Made by a program: the position numbers and the translations under genes
From: Perkinsus chesapeaki ATCC PRA-425
Taxonomy: Eukaryota; Protista; Perkinsozoa
Direction of reading: 5' to 3'
DNA length: 64,000 bases
NCBI GenBank assembly: GCA_013115145.1
Contig: JAAPAO010000093.1
Span: forward strand, 1 to 64,000
The notes under the pieces: model-generated
Databases searched by the model: none
Told to the model about the DNA's origin: nothing
The model's input: only the letters and a program-made list of their open reading frames with translations
Shown here: piece by piece, positions 27,998 to 41,700 of the stretch
Layout of the letters: each line of letters begins with the position of its first letter
How positions within the stretch are numbered: position 1 is the first letter of the stretch

Positions 27998-28836
27998 CAT
28001 ATTCATGTACCTTTGGCACGGTCTGTCATGCTAATGTTTACGTCACGTCACGCTGCAAATTCGTCCTGCCGTATGCTCCACCTGCATTATTTGGAACGTT
28101 TGCCACATATTGCTTTCCTCATCAGCTCTTGATCTTCCTGTTGGAACAACGTTTCGCAGCGGCCTAGGTGTTGCAAGTGAAGCAAAGAATGCGAAGTCGT
28201 CGCTGAGTTTGAGTCCCTGGCGCGCGGCTGTCTCCATTGGAGACTCTTTAAGCAGGTCCCGTCCTTTTGCTGTAGTCAACTCCGTCCAATTTCGATTAGA
28301 ATGATCATGGTAAGGTTATCGCCAGTATTGGGAACGACTCCGACATCGAGTTCGTCGCGAGTGCTCGGTCACCCTTCAGGATCGTGACAAGTCTGCAAGT
28401 ACATGTGCCTCCTCCGCAGAACGCTCTTTGGCACATGTTCGACACTCATTGCCTCCCTACCATCCTTAGGTTTCAGGTGGACAGGGCTTCGTTACCCTGA
28501 TGTAGTAAGAAGTTCGAAACTCTCGAGACGGAGGACTAAAGGCGATTTTTTAGACCGCTTGACTAAAGCGACTGTTCCGGAGCATATAGACTTGCTCAAG
28601 ATTATTTTTCTATGTGAATTAAAGTTATCATGTTTTGATCATTTGAGTTAATCATTGTGTGCGACATGATAACTACGTTGGTCAACAATGAAGGTCGCTG
28701 AGATCCAGGCACACTACGTTGTCGTATTATACAGTGATTAAATAAAGCCTTTGCGGTGAACGAACATCTCAGTAGTAGACGTTTTTTCTCACCCTAATAT
28801 TGGCCTATAATCCGTCGACGGGCGTTTATCCTGACA

Positions 28837-30377
28837 ATGTGTATTTTACTCGCACTTCGTCCGGCTGGTCCAACTGTGCGCTTCCCCCTCATCATTGCCC
28901 ACAATCGTGATGAACTCCGCTGTAGACGAACTGGCGAGCTTGCTGTGGAGGCTTCGACAGGGTTATGTTGTGCAAGAGACTTCCAAGGAGGTAGCAGAGC
29001 TAGCATTATTTCACGGCGCTTATCGGTGGTGCGCCGCCGCACTCGGGCCCTTGGTCAGACTTACTCTATATTTTAACGTTGTGGTAGGTGGTATGGACAT
29101 GGCACTGAATACACAGTCTGGGCGCTTTGTGGTGCTGAACAACTGTAGATGCCTAACCCGATATCCGGATAATGATCCACATAAATTATCACGAGGGAAG
29201 CTCGTAGAGTCGGAGGCCTTAGAAAAACAGGAAAGGGGACAACCCAATCACTGTAATGGACACAAACTGATAAATAGGTTTCCACGGCCGAGAATTGAAC
29301 TCGGGTCTCCTGCGTGACAGGCAGGAATACTAACCTCTATACTACCGCGGATCTGATATTACATTCATTTCGGGTGGCTCTTCCGTATGAATTTTTTCAC
29401 GTCACGTTCGCCCAGAATCCAGCTGCCGTTTTCCAAGCTTACGTCACAAACATGTTCGTAATGTATGATTCCAGATGATCCCTACTACTTGTTCTCTGTT
29501 GCTACAACATTTACAGCGGTGCCCATATTCCAAGTAAAACGGCATGTACCCAAACATCCTGCCTCGAACATAGATTCTGTGGAGTGGGATGAGTCAACTG
29601 TGGTTCCCGAAGATGAAGGTAATTATTGCTCCTCCACTTAACGCCACACACGCCTGTCAAAGTGCCTTGGATTTGTTCAGTTGTTGTAAAGTCTAACGAG
29701 GTGGGCTGGTCTGAGCATCCTTGGCCTAAGTCAGAGTTCCTGAGGGAGTGTGGTCTGGATCTCATCGCTGGCCTTCGTGGCAAGCCGTCCGTGGATGAAG
29801 CAGCTGCCGCGGTGATGGCAGCAATGTCCCACTCCGAACCCGTCTGCAGCAGAGGTAGCTCGTGAAACTCTAACTTTGCACCAATGATGTTTACTCAGAG
29901 CAATGGAGGGCGACGCCCTCAGATATCGCATCGTGGTCGCCAGATTCAGCACGCGAGTGGTGGATAGTTCAGGCCCCGTTTCTTGCCAGCACCAAGGAAT
30001 TCTCTGCGTATGTCATCATTTCATTCATTGTGCCATGCAGTGTGAACTCCTGCTTGCCCGTGCTGTCACTATTGCCGAATACTGATGTCATAACCGTACA
30101 AAATCCACCTAAAGGCTGTTTCCCACGGTGTCACGAGACGCGACATTACTACGTCACCGCACAGCTCGTGGGCGAGCGCAATCCATTACATTCGCTCCCG
30201 TCCCCTGATCATAGCTACCATGCTACCAGTGTTAGGTACGGTACAGTCTCCCAGACGCTACTCATGGTTGACCGCGAACTGCGTGCGACACATCTGTGGA
30301 TGCGGCCGGTCACCGTGGACGAGGACTCGAGAAGCGTCCTCGGTGATTGGACTAAGTTCCACTTCCCTTGGCCTTAG
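28837..30377 (+). CDS. TANGO2/NRDE family protein, multi-exon
   Basis: MCILL...AHNRDE..RRT, RDFQGG, GRFVVLNN, SRGKL, SNEV...PWPK, YGTVSQTLLMVD. Confidence 0.85.
29280..29351 (-). tRNA. tRNA-Asp (GTC), copy 2, antisense within a TANGO2 intron
   Basis: Identical to 27923-27994. Confidence 0.96.
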
Positions 30378-30728
30378 CACATCCCGATATTCATTTTTAT
30401 TATCTTCTAACTTTCATGGTACCACAGTTCTTTCTTGAGTTGCTTGTGGCGTGAGATTGAGAATAAATCTCTCGAAGAGTGAGGCATGCCTTCCGGCTTT
30501 CGGAATACAGCAGGAGGAGGACCATCGTGAGGCGTGGATTTTTCTTTGAGCAAAAGGATGTGGCTCATCAACCCGAGGACAGATTCCCTATGACTTCAAT
30601 TGATCCTTCGGGGCTTGCTTTTATTGTTGCATCTTAACAATAGAGAGGTGTTTGGGAAATGTAACCGTCACAATCTTCGAAGTTACTAACCATCTCGCCT
30701 TCGCTCAGTATCCTCTGTTCTCCTTCAA

Positions 30729-31214
30729 ATGCCCGTCGTGTTCGTGAGAGAACATACAAGAGGTTGTTGCGCCTGGTACGGCAACTTTCTTTGGATCCTT
30801 CTGGCTGGATGGTACACCGCTCTCATCTGGCTGGCTTTCGCCATCATCCTCTGTATAACCATCGTGGGGATACCCTTCGGCAAGCAGTGCTGGAAGATGG
30901 CAAAGCTGTCATTCCTACCGTTTGGCTACGAGGTGGGCTATCTGTGAAAGCTCACAATATCGCATTTTCTATTTCAGGTACGAAGCAAGGCTGAACCAAC
31001 GTGTGGCCATTGCTGTAGTTGTTGTTGCAATGTCCTTTGGTTTATTCCCGGATTAATTATCGCCCTCTTCTATGTGCTGGCATCACTGCTTTTTTTCATA
31101 ACCATAATCGGGATCCCATTCGGCATACAGTGCTGTAAATTAGCCCGTCTTGCACTCACCCCATTCGGTTACGAAGCAACCCTGCCGAAGACAGTGGTTG
31201 TGTCGAGCGTTTGA
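30729..31214 (+). CDS. YccF-domain (inner-membrane component) protein 1, two exons
   Basis: GNFLWILLAGW...CITIVGIPFGKQCWKMAKLSFLPFG | CNVLWFIPG...ITIIGIPFGIQCCKLARLALTPFG. Confidence 0.88.
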
Positions 31215-31748
31215 TCGGCTCGTAAGCACATTCGAGGAGACAGCAGTTGTGTCGCTGAGGTTGAGGCCTCATAGCTAAGTTGCACGCAAACCTGATCTTA
31301 TCCTTCTTCGGTACTCGTACGTACATTGCCATCCCTCTCAACCCTTTCCTCTCATTGACCACAGATATCTCGCGCCGTGTTGAGTTACCGTGTAAGTCGT
31401 TCATTCAGTCGCACATTCGCCCGGGACAAAGGCTGCGCAGCTACGTGAACTCACTCCACGTGAGTCCAACCCTTTCGAACCACACTGTAAGGCGCTATGG
31501 TTTTGCTTTATTTCAGCGATTGGCTCGCTGATAGACTCTCACCGATTTAACTTATCCAGCGAGTAATTCAAATCACGGAAGATATGTTATCGTCTTGTGT
31601 CATTTTGTGTCGTACCTGTCCACATCGTCGTCCCCTTCGCGACCTAGCTGTGGCCCCTGCGTGATGACAGTTAGCGAAGGCTAACTTCTTGTGCGCTAGC
31701 ATCGAATATTTATTAGTTATTTTCATATCCATTACTGTTATTTGAATC

Positions 31749-32257
31749 ATGACAGAGATAGTCGTCAGTCAAGAGCAAGCCAGAGGTTGCTGCGCAGGTT
31801 TTGGCAACTTCCTCTGGATAATTTTAGCTGGCTGGTACACAGCCCTCATTTGGTTCCTTCTCTCTGCTATCCTATGCATAACAATAGTGGGAATACCGTG
31901 GGGAAAGCAATGCTGGAAAATGGCCAAACTATCATTCTTGCCGTTTGGCTACGAGGTACAACACGTCACACCGCGTTGTAGACACCAAATTTCCCTCGGC
32001 GAAATTACAACTACTCTCTTCTTCTTCAGGTGCGCGAAAAAGAGGATGCAGGCTGCTGTGGTTGTTTCTGCAATTGTCTGTGGTTTATTCCCGGTCTGAT
32101 CATTGCGATATTCTACGTGCTAGCCTCGTGCATATTCTTCGTAACGATTGTCGGGATTCCCTTTGGTATCCAATGCTGCAAGCTCGCCGGTTTAGCCTTC
32201 AGCCCCTTTGGTCATGAGGTTGTGGTTCCTAGTACAGTTCAAGTGGTTGACGTTTAA
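31749..32257 (+). CDS. YccF-domain protein 2, two exons
   Basis: Same two-repeat pattern; intron ~31956-32029. Confidence 0.88.
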
Positions 32258-32642
32258 ATGCAGCGTTTTATCTGTTAAGCTATTTTGTATCACAGGGCTT
32301 ATTTCTCTCTTCGCTTGTGATTCACTGGCATTCCTAAATACAACTATGATTCTTCGTATTTCGCTCAAAGGAGCGACTCAGCAACGCAGCTAATCTGCAC
32401 TTTCCACACAACTCAAAGCCTCGTGTTTGGGGTGTTAATGTTCGTGAATATACCCGGGTTATTGCATACGTTGCATTTCGCGATGGCAGAGATCACTGCC
32501 ATTTTACAAAATCGAGTGGTTCACTTCTGCATCACAGTTGAGGATGGACAGTAACAAGTGCTTCAACCCGTGAGCCGTTGATTGGGACAATGGTTGTGTC
32601 GAAGTGGCATCGTTCGTTTAGTTTATATATCTTCCCCTTGTA

Positions 32643-33223
32643 ATGAGTTCGTCTTCAAGCAGTGATAGTTCAGAAGGTGAAACGTTCCACGTAGAACGGC
32701 GCCGTGGGTGGGCAGCTTGGGTATGTAACCTATTATGGATATTGAGTGGTTCATTCTTTCCTGCCCTTCTTTGGTTTGCCTTGGCGCTGCTGTTGTGTAT
32801 ATCTATCGTCGGCATACCGTTCGGCGTTCAGTGCTATAAAATGGGGAAACTGGCGCTTCTGCCCTTTGGATACAAGGTAGGCTTTCTTGGCGCGCTCTGC
32901 ACTTTGGTCTCTCTAGCGTGGCGTTGCAGCTGCTCGCCAAGCTAGCGTGGCATAACTCTAACGTTGACGTGCAAACTATTTGCGATCAGGTTGTCGATAA
33001 GGGCGGAATTCTTTGCTGTGGAATCGATTGGTTGTGTAATTGTATATGGTGGATTCCTGGACTCTTAATTGCCGCTTTTGAGGTTATCTGTGCTGTAATA
33101 TCATTCATCTCTATTATCGGTATACCCTTCGGTATGCAACACTGTAAGCTTGCAAGGCTGTCGATGCACCCATTCGGACTCGAAATTCAAGTGCGCCGTG
33201 AAGTGCAAGTTCAAGACGTGTGA
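32643..33223 (+). CDS. YccF-domain protein 3, two exons
   Basis: CNLLWILSG...SIVGIPFGVQCYKMGKLALLPFG | CNCIWWIPG...GIPFGMQHCKLARLSMHPFG. Confidence 0.88.
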
Positions 33224-33348
33224 GCTCATCAGTTTCGACATTCTGTTCGGCAATTGTATTTACTTCGCTTAACTTAGGGTTTCAAAATCGTGTTCGTCTT
33301 CTCGTTAAAGTTGTCGGGCACGCGTCCAATTCAAGTTGTATTTTTCAC

Positions 33349-33837
33349 ATGGCTGAAGCTTTCAAGGTTGAAGATCGCAGAGGCTGTGGCCATTGGACCT
33401 GCAATGTTCTGTGGATATTGAGCGGCGGCTGGGTAGCCGCCCTTTGGTGGCTCCTTTTCGCATGCATCTTCTGTATCACCATCATTGGTATCCCGTGCGG
33501 CATCCAGTGCTTCAAGATGGCAAAGCTGTCATTCATACCATTTGGCTACCGAGTAAGTTATTTACTTTTGTTCTCCCAGCAATGTTTTTCGTCTCAGGTT
33601 GAAGATAAGGGTAGCTCACCGTGCTGTGCCTGCCACTGTCTTGGTAACTGCCTCTGGTTCATCCCTGGTTTAATAATCGCCATCTTTAATATAATTTCCG
33701 CTATTCTTTGTTTCATTTCTATAATCGGCATTCCGTTTGGAATACAGTATTGTAAGCTGGCCAGACTAGCCTTCTCTCCATTCGGTTTGGAAGTCACTGC
33801 CGACAAGGTTGTCGCTGTTGAAGTCGTCAACGTATAG
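33349..33837 (+). CDS. YccF-domain protein 4, two exons
   Basis: CNVLWILSGGW...GIPCGIQCFKMAKLSFIPFG | GNCLWFIPG...GIPFGIQYCKLARLAFSPFG. Confidence 0.88.
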   Translation: MAEAFKVEDRRGCGHWTCNVLWILSGGWVAALWWLLFACIFCITIIGIPCGIQCFKMAKLSFIPFGYRVSYLLLFSQQCFSSQVEDKGSSPCCACHCLGNCLWFIPGLIIAIFNIISAILCFISIIGIPFGIQYCKLARLAFSPFGLEVTADKVVAVEVVNV

Positions 33838-34252
33838 TCTGTCGTCAGTGTACTCCAACAATTGATTCTAATTATTTCCTTATTCGATTGTAGCTTTTCT
33901 TTTGTAATTCGAGAAATCAGTCAAACTATACTTCCTGTAGCGTTGTGTTTTTTGCAAGTTCCGTGGGCACCAGAAGTCACCTTTGCAAGCTTGACCTTTG
34001 TTCATCGAAGGCAGTCACTAAAAGCTTTTGATTTTCCGCCAGGTCACCTCAGTTCCCTATTACTAAGTCAATAGCATTTGACCTTACTGCGGTTCCTTGC
34101 TGGTGGATAAACCGAAAACTTATTGAAAATTTATGATAGGGTTTTTGCACCTTGTATTGTGGGTTCAATGTCATTCAACGCAAGACCATTGTAACGCGTG
34201 AAACGAATTAAAATAGCTTCATATCTACCAGAATCCACCACCACTAGTCTCA

Positions 34253-37200
34253 TTAAAGTTGAACTTGACATGCATAATATATTTCATTCTTACCTGAAAT
34301 ACATTTGTCAAGTAACAGTAGCGCCTCTGTATGGAAGCTGACTTGTGCTGTGTTGTATACTATGAATTCGTTATATAAAAGAGAAGCTGCTTCCCCTTGC
34401 AATCTAGCCTCCCTCTCCACCTCCTCACTAGCGTCGATCAAGGGCCCCATGGGAACGCTCACCTCATTGAGGGATGGTAGCTGAACGATGGTGATCTCAG
34501 CGAGTGGCCGGCAAATGCCCTCACCTTAACCTCCTTGGCCGGATCTGGAGCTGTTTTGCCCATACCCCAGGTGCTGTGTGCTTTGGCCTTCCTGGATGAT
34601 TTCTTGGCTTCGTATTCTGCAGCAACCTTCTTATATTGGTCACCTATGGATGCTTTGCAGTAGGTGAGTTAGAGAGGCCACCCTACCCAAAGCCACCTCG
34701 CACAGGACGAGCACACCGTATGGCGAACTAGGTGTGGCGAAGCAATAGTTGGCGGACTTCGAGGAACAGTCTGAAAAACAGCAAGACTAGCCAGAAAAGC
34801 GGCGAGCGATAGGAACCTGCGAAGTAGAGGCCTTTGCCGAACATGTATCCCGTCACTGGGGCCTCTTTGGGAGCGATCTTCAAACCCTTGCTCAAGATCG
34901 ACACCCAATTCGTGAGCCGACTGCCGTGCCAAAGAAGACGGCGGTTGTGCGAACAGACGGGGAACCTGAAGCGGCAAATCCGGCCAGAAGCCATGGCTCT
35001 TCTCACCCCTGAAATTTGTCCCACTCCTCATCGCGTCTGACTTCGAATGCCGAGACGATCTCCAGCTTGTAACCATCATGGGTCGGTGCGTGTGTTGTGA
35101 GCATACAGTCATTTATGACCTTGAAGGTTAGACTGAGAAAAATGATATCAAAGATGACACAGGCGGAGCGACGCACCTTTCTGTCGGCACCACTTCAAGA
35201 TGCACCCCGAGAGCGTTGAACTGTCTGTCGAGCACGTGCCCTTGGCCGCTTGCTGCTCTATCTCGTGCATCCGTGAAGTCAACGATCGACAGAAGGTCCG
35301 TCACATCTTCCACCTGAGACGACTTCCCTATTCATACGATAACTGGCAGCTCTCGTCCGTCGCACCGCTTTCTCGAGTTTCTTGAGCGTGTTCAGCTTGG
35401 CCTTGGCCGCTGCTGCTGTCGTCTTGGAGATCGTATGGGGTATGAGCGTATAGAACCTGCACTTCCCTTTACAGAGCTACTAATCATAGGCTGCACAACA
35501 AATGCACTCCACTTCCCCACGGTATACAGCTGAACAAATGTTAAGCCACGAGGTGAAGAAGAAATACACGACGGTCAGCCGGCTACAGCGTGATAACGTT
35601 GACACCTTTACACTAACTTGTTCATACCACACAGGTCCAGAAATATGCGATATGGGCTACTTCCCCACCTGTTGGTAGCATCCCTGACTCTGAGATCGAA
35701 ACCGTGTGTGGCACGCCTGGTGGCTTCATCAAGCCGCATGAGTGAAGAAAGCTCAGAGAGGACCTGAAAGCACGCCAGGACGACTAGCTCGGTGATTCCT
35801 CCCAGCACGGTAAGGCGCCGTTAGTATGAAACGTATGGGAGCATGTCGGCTTCTCGGACTCACCTCAAGGCCCCGCCTGAGCTGTGCTGCACTGAGTGTT
35901 CCCAGAGGCATCTTAGCCATGTCAATATGCAAGACCTTGGACATATGCTCTTCAATAACCTTCTCGTCGAATATCAGTGATACAAATGATCTCACGGCCG
36001 GCGTCAAGGAGCACACTACACCAGCGTTGTCATCTGAATGTAACGGTACGCGCTGTGGCAGGCAGGAGGGACTTGGCAGACCTTCTTCAGCGACCGCTTG
36101 AGTGGTTCTTCGCTTGCTGGAGTCAGAGCTGGTTCCCATTATCTCCACCATATTGTATCTATGCAGGGAATCTCAATGGAAAATCTAACTTGGCAGATCT
36201 CGCACCTTCCAGGCCGTTGCTCGAAGCTGTCCCTCTCCCGCCAGTCTGTCCCGGTCAGCTCAGTGAACTTGGTGAGGAACATATCAATGGCCTGATCTCA
36301 AACTCCGCTCGTTGGGGCTCTTCGCGCCTCACCTCTTCCCGGGCTGCCTTGCCCGATCCACACCGCACCGTCATCGAGTCGTTAGCCTTGGAGTCACTGC
36401 CACCAACCCGACCCCACTTGCGGAAGACAGCGTAGCGATTACGGGACGACCCGTGGACGAGGACCTGGTCGGTGGTACACCCTTGAGCGGAGCGAAGCTC
36501 CTTACTTGTATTTTGTAGAATTTATTAACATTGGTGGTAGTGTCAGTCTTGGTGCACATGACATGGTACACATTATTAGCGTTGTCCACATAGACCTAAC
36601 ATAGCAAATCAAAGCGGCCGTCGTCGAGACGGCCCCACCTGCGCATCCCTGGCAACGGAGCCGCCGACCTCTTCGTCGACCTCGAGCGCCGGGCTTCCCT
36701 CCTCTGGTGGCAGCCTCCGCTTTGGTCCTGCCCACATCCTAACTGCATCAGTCAGCTTGTCTTACCTCGCTTCACACTCTTTTTCTCGACCGCTTTCACC
36801 TCTCCGCCAACAATTTTCCGTCCTAGTCCGCCGTCGACCTTCCACAGCTTCAAGTGTTTACGCTGCCTCAACTTAGCGCCTCGCATTTTAACCCTGGCAG
36901 CAGCAGCAGCAGCATCCACTGCCTCCCTCGTGGTCGGAGCCTCGACTATCTCGCATTCTTCAATCTCGACCTGCGGGTCCTTCTCGAACTTGACGTCCTT
37001 CCCTCCAAATATCGACCAGCCTGTCGTCGGCGGCATCTCTCCCTCGGCCTTGCAGTAGCCAAGATGGCCCGAGTTGTCATCCAGTTTCTCATGGAGCTTC
37101 CACTTCCCGCCCTTAGCAGCATAAAAGCAATAGATGGACTTCCCCAGGTGCTTGAATGCCGGGCGCCCGTTGTGGTCCTGGTCAAGTCTCTTGTACTCGC

Positions 37201-38616
37201 CGTTGATTCTGCTGTTCTTGGCTTCACTACTGCGGCCCCTTACTCGGATGCCCTTTGCCGGCGCGGCCGCCTCGGCCATCGGTTCACCGTCGTCCGAGCC
37301 TGTCTTGTCACACAAAGCGTCGATGAACTCTGTCATGACGATAGGTAGACCATGCTGCAGCGCGCCGTCGTAGGCCAGGCCGTGGGGATCCGCATACAGC
37401 TCCTCCTCGCCGATAACAACGTGAGTGGTCCTGGCGGCGTCGAAGGCCTCCATCACATGCCCACCACTGTCCTTGATCAATTTCCTCAAGCGCTTGGCCT
37501 CGTCATCGTCGACACCCTCGAAAACGAAGCACATGTGTTTGGCCACCTCATCACCCTCATCCTCGGAGGCAGAGTCCAGGACCTCGGCAGCGGCGGCACT
37601 TGAACGTTGGAAGGAGGGCTCGACGCCGGTGAGCTTGCCGAGAATCTTCTTGCATTCCGCAGGGATCTCGACGCTTGCGAAGGCCTTGTGGCGCTGAAGC
37701 TCCGCGGGAATGCGGAGCCGTCGGTAACGCTTTAGCTTCTCCATGGTCACCACATCTCCGGTGGGCACCGCGAACTTCGGGCAGGCTGAGGTCTTGCGAA
37801 CTCGGGGGAGCATCTCGCGGTAACGGAACTTGAAGTCACAGCGAGTAGAGGCGGAAAAGTACCCCTGGCACCTGACGAGGCCCTCGCTGCCGATCAGGCC
37901 ATCCTGCCCACCTGACATCCTCTCCCTCTTGGACCAAGGATCGGTTGCCGCAGGTGGGACACGGCGGGAGGAGGCCAAAGAGGATCTGGTCGGCAACAAT
38001 GTAGGCTAGCTTAGGAGCCGGCCACTTGTCTTGGAAAAATATACCGTTTTCCGTCAGCACCTACAGTGAACTCGAGCTTCTCTCTACGGGGACAGCCGCC
38101 GCCTCTTCGGCCCACCTGACGCAATATCTTTGCATTCCCCATGGCCTGGAGGTGATCAGCTATCTCGGCCCTATAAGTTATATGTGTTGCGGCACGCAGA
38201 ATCTCAGGATTCTTGGCGTCGGGGGCGTCCAAGTCCAACACCTTGGCGAGGCGAAGGATATCGCTCCACCTAAGATGCCATCACGAACAGCAAGGCTCAG
38301 ATGATCTCACTTCAACCGTTGCCAATGCGCAAGCTCCTCCAGGCTCTCCAAGCCGTAACTGCTAGCGCAGGTGTCGTGGACCCAATGGACGTCGAAACCG
38401 TCGTGGAACGGCGACTGGACCTTCTTCCCGACTTTAACCTGCCAAAGCCGTGGCTCGACCCCACCCACGTTGCACGATGTTGCTCACTTTGCCTTGCACC
38501 AAGAGGGCCTGGCATCGTTTACAGGAGGCTCTGCTGGTGGGGGCGTACTCCACCATGAAGGGCTCTGGCAGCGCTGGTCGGGTTGTAGTGCTGCCCACGG
38601 AGGAACGTCTCGGCAT
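34253..38616 (-). CDS. PARP1: Poly(ADP-ribose) polymerase 1-like, multi-exon
   Basis: zf-PARP ([13 protein letters not shown]...WVHDTC), PADR1/Zn3 (ADQILFG..PCPTC), BRCT, WGR (NKFYKIQ), regulatory domain (MPLGTLS), catalytic [25 protein letters not shown] (H-Y-E triad). Confidence 0.95.
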
Positions 38617-38733
38617 TATCAACTTACGTGAGTTCTACGCTGGGCTAGCCCTGACGGGGCCTCCACTTCAACTCAAAGGTCGAGTAGGTAAAAAACAATA
38701 ATAACATTAAAACTTAATACGTTCATCAACGAC

Positions 38734-41700
38734 CTAGCTGCCGGCAGACCCTCTCATTTCAGCTATTATGGACGACGGAACGGCACCATCAACCCTCAGC
38801 GGTGGGGGCATTGGGAGCTCTCGCGAGGAAAACTGCAGGTACCTCGGTGTAGCCGGGGTAGGCTGACCGCTCGAGGTTCTCGTGGCCGGCCCTCTCTCTG
38901 GTGTGGATGGCCCCGGGATGGGGCTGTGACCGAGATGGTGTGCTAGTAACATGTTGCTTGTGATACAGAGACAGATCTTCACAGAGATCACTATTGTGTA
39001 CTCTACTGCGAGAGTCGCCACTGTCATGACCGGCGAGCCCGGGGACGAAGCCGCGAGGCGTATGAGGAAGCCGGTTATGTTATTAATAAAAGTGGCGACA
39101 ACAAAGCAGACAAACCACCTGGCCCAAGGCGTGTAGGAGAGCACCACCCACACAGCCCCGAGTGTTAAAGCTAGCAGGTCCCCGAGCGGCGGCAAAACTA
39201 ACTGGATGAGGAAGGCAACTGGAGAGATGCCGAGGTACCACGTCAGCTGCATGGCCGTCAGAGTGGCATACACCAGGAGCAATAGTAAGACAGAAGCCTG
39301 CAGGGCAACGCGAGACATGATTACTACACGGTGCTGGGGCCGGCGGTTCGACAAGGAGACCTTCACCGGCGACCAGAGACCTTGTCCGATACTGGCCAGC
39401 AGGCTCGGACTGGAAGTGCTATATGCCCAGCGGAACGCATACTCGTGGATGTCCACCTCTTCTAGGGTAAATTGTGTGGCCAAGTCCAAAGGGGATCCTG
39501 GACACGCTGAGGGGACATCGGTGGGTCGGAGGAAGAAGAATGGCCTGTCGGACCTCTGTGGTGGGATGGAGGGGTCGTCGGAGTTCACCAAGACCAGACA
39601 AATCTGGCGGGTTTTGCAGAAGCCGGGAAAGCGAGTGCTCGACGAGGAGTTTGCAGCGATGACGTGCTCCACATTGCTGATCTGCTCGAAGGAACTGTAG
39701 CCCCCCAGAAACGGATCGGACGTGCTATCCCCGGCTGAGGCGACTCTCGCCGTCTCATCCGCCACGGCTGGCTCTGCGCCAGGCGGTTCCGGTATCATGA
39801 CCATCAGCGCCCGGATTCCATTAGGCACCAAGAAGGCATCGCTAGCTCTTCTCAAGGTAGCACAAATGCTGGAGAGCTCGGCGGGCGGCACCAGATCGCC
39901 ATGGAAGGTCATCGGCAGTAGAGTGTCGTTAACATTGGCAACAAAGGATGTCCACCCGCTGACGTCCTGTGGCATTACGGCCAGCCCGCTGGCCATCGGG
40001 TCCCATCCCGGACGGGGTATCCGCAACGGTGACATGTATGAGCCATCACCGCTGAGCTGGATGAGAGCCGGCAGGCTGGGGCTCGACTCCCAGTGCTCCA
40101 CGCGGACGCTCATGTCGAGCACATCAATGTGGGCCTTGGAGTAGGAACCATCCCGGCCGCCGTCACACCCGAAACGAATGGTGTAAATGCGGCCCGAGCG
40201 CCGCACCGCATCTGCCCTCCACAGAGATTCGTCACCTGACTCGGCGAAGACGACATCGCAGACGGTCTGGGAGCGACGCTCTTGTTGGCTCCTGCTGAGC
40301 CAACGCCATAGGGGGTAACAAAAGACCGAGAGGAGGGGTCGGGCCCACCGACCCCACAAGTTAATTAGCTGCGCCGCTGGCCCGCGGCCGCGACTGTTCA
40401 CAGAGGTTGCGAAGGAGCCCCATTGCTGGAGGCTCACCAACTCGGCCACGCACTGCGGAAGGTCTCCCAGCGATGGTGGCAAGCTGAAGGGGTCGGCGGG
40501 GATGTTCGCACCGTGGAGGTAGAGCCGGGAGACATGCCGAGGAATATCGTCCGCCGTCATCACTTTCCCTTCACCCGCCGCCGCCGAATCGTTCATCTCT
40601 CCTACGTCATCGCCCCTCGACCGCTTCCGAATCTCGGATGTAGCTATGGATGCTAGGAGCGCGAACAGCAGCACCAACAGCAAGGTGAACGCCCCTGGCA
40701 CTCCACCGATGAAGGAAAGCGTGTACTGCCACGGGTTCAGGCAGGCCGGGTTCTGCGAGACGTCCGGGTAGCCCGGCAAACAGGCGTAGGGGCAGTCCGG
40801 ATCCTGAACCCCCTCCTTGGTGTAGTTACTGACCCCCCAAGGAGCATTCGTACAAATGTTACACACGGGACCTCCGGTGCTACTCCAGGTCCCTCGAGGA
40901 CAGGAGGCGCATAGAGCACCGTGACGGCCGGATGGACAGGGAAGAATCTGACCCACATGACCAGGCTCGGCACCCGTCACCTCCAGTGGACCAGCGAAAT
41001 CATTCTCGCCGACTTCCGGGCCCAACCAACTGATGCCGATAAAGCCACCACCACCGTCGCCGCCCTTCAGGACCGGCGGGCCGCTACCGTTCCCTCCAGC
41101 CGCACTCACCATACCAGAGCCGACCAAGGAGGTGTTAACCAAAATTAAAACCGAGCCGCCGGCACCACCACCGCTGCCAGAAGTATCGCCGACGGTCCAG
41201 CCGCCCCGGGCGCCGTCCGAGCTCACGTTGCCATCTATCCTGGCCTGGGCCGCTGAGATCCACACCACGCCACCACCGGCACCGCCCTCCTCCCCTCCCC
41301 CTCCTGAGGCGCTGGCTGACGGTATCACGCCGGTCTCGAGGGGATCCTGGTCATCGTAGGACATGCCTTGGTTACCGCTGCACCCCGGAGCACCAGACCC
41401 AACATGCCCCCCACCACCTCCCCCACAATGCCCATCTCTACCGGGGCCTCCACTGCCCCGGCCCTCCCCTGCTGGGCAGCCACGACCCTTGGACGACACC
41501 TGCCCTCGAGGAGGCAGCTCCAGTTGACCTTGTGGCGAGCACATTATAACCACAGGAGCGTTCACAGACGCACCGGTGCTGAGTCTCATCCCGCCCGTCT
41601 TGGCCACAATCATGGTTCTGAGAGGCACTAGCCGATCCAGCCTGCCGGGGTCGGCCATGCACAAGTCTGGTGGGTCCTCTATCCACAGTTTTCGCTGCTT

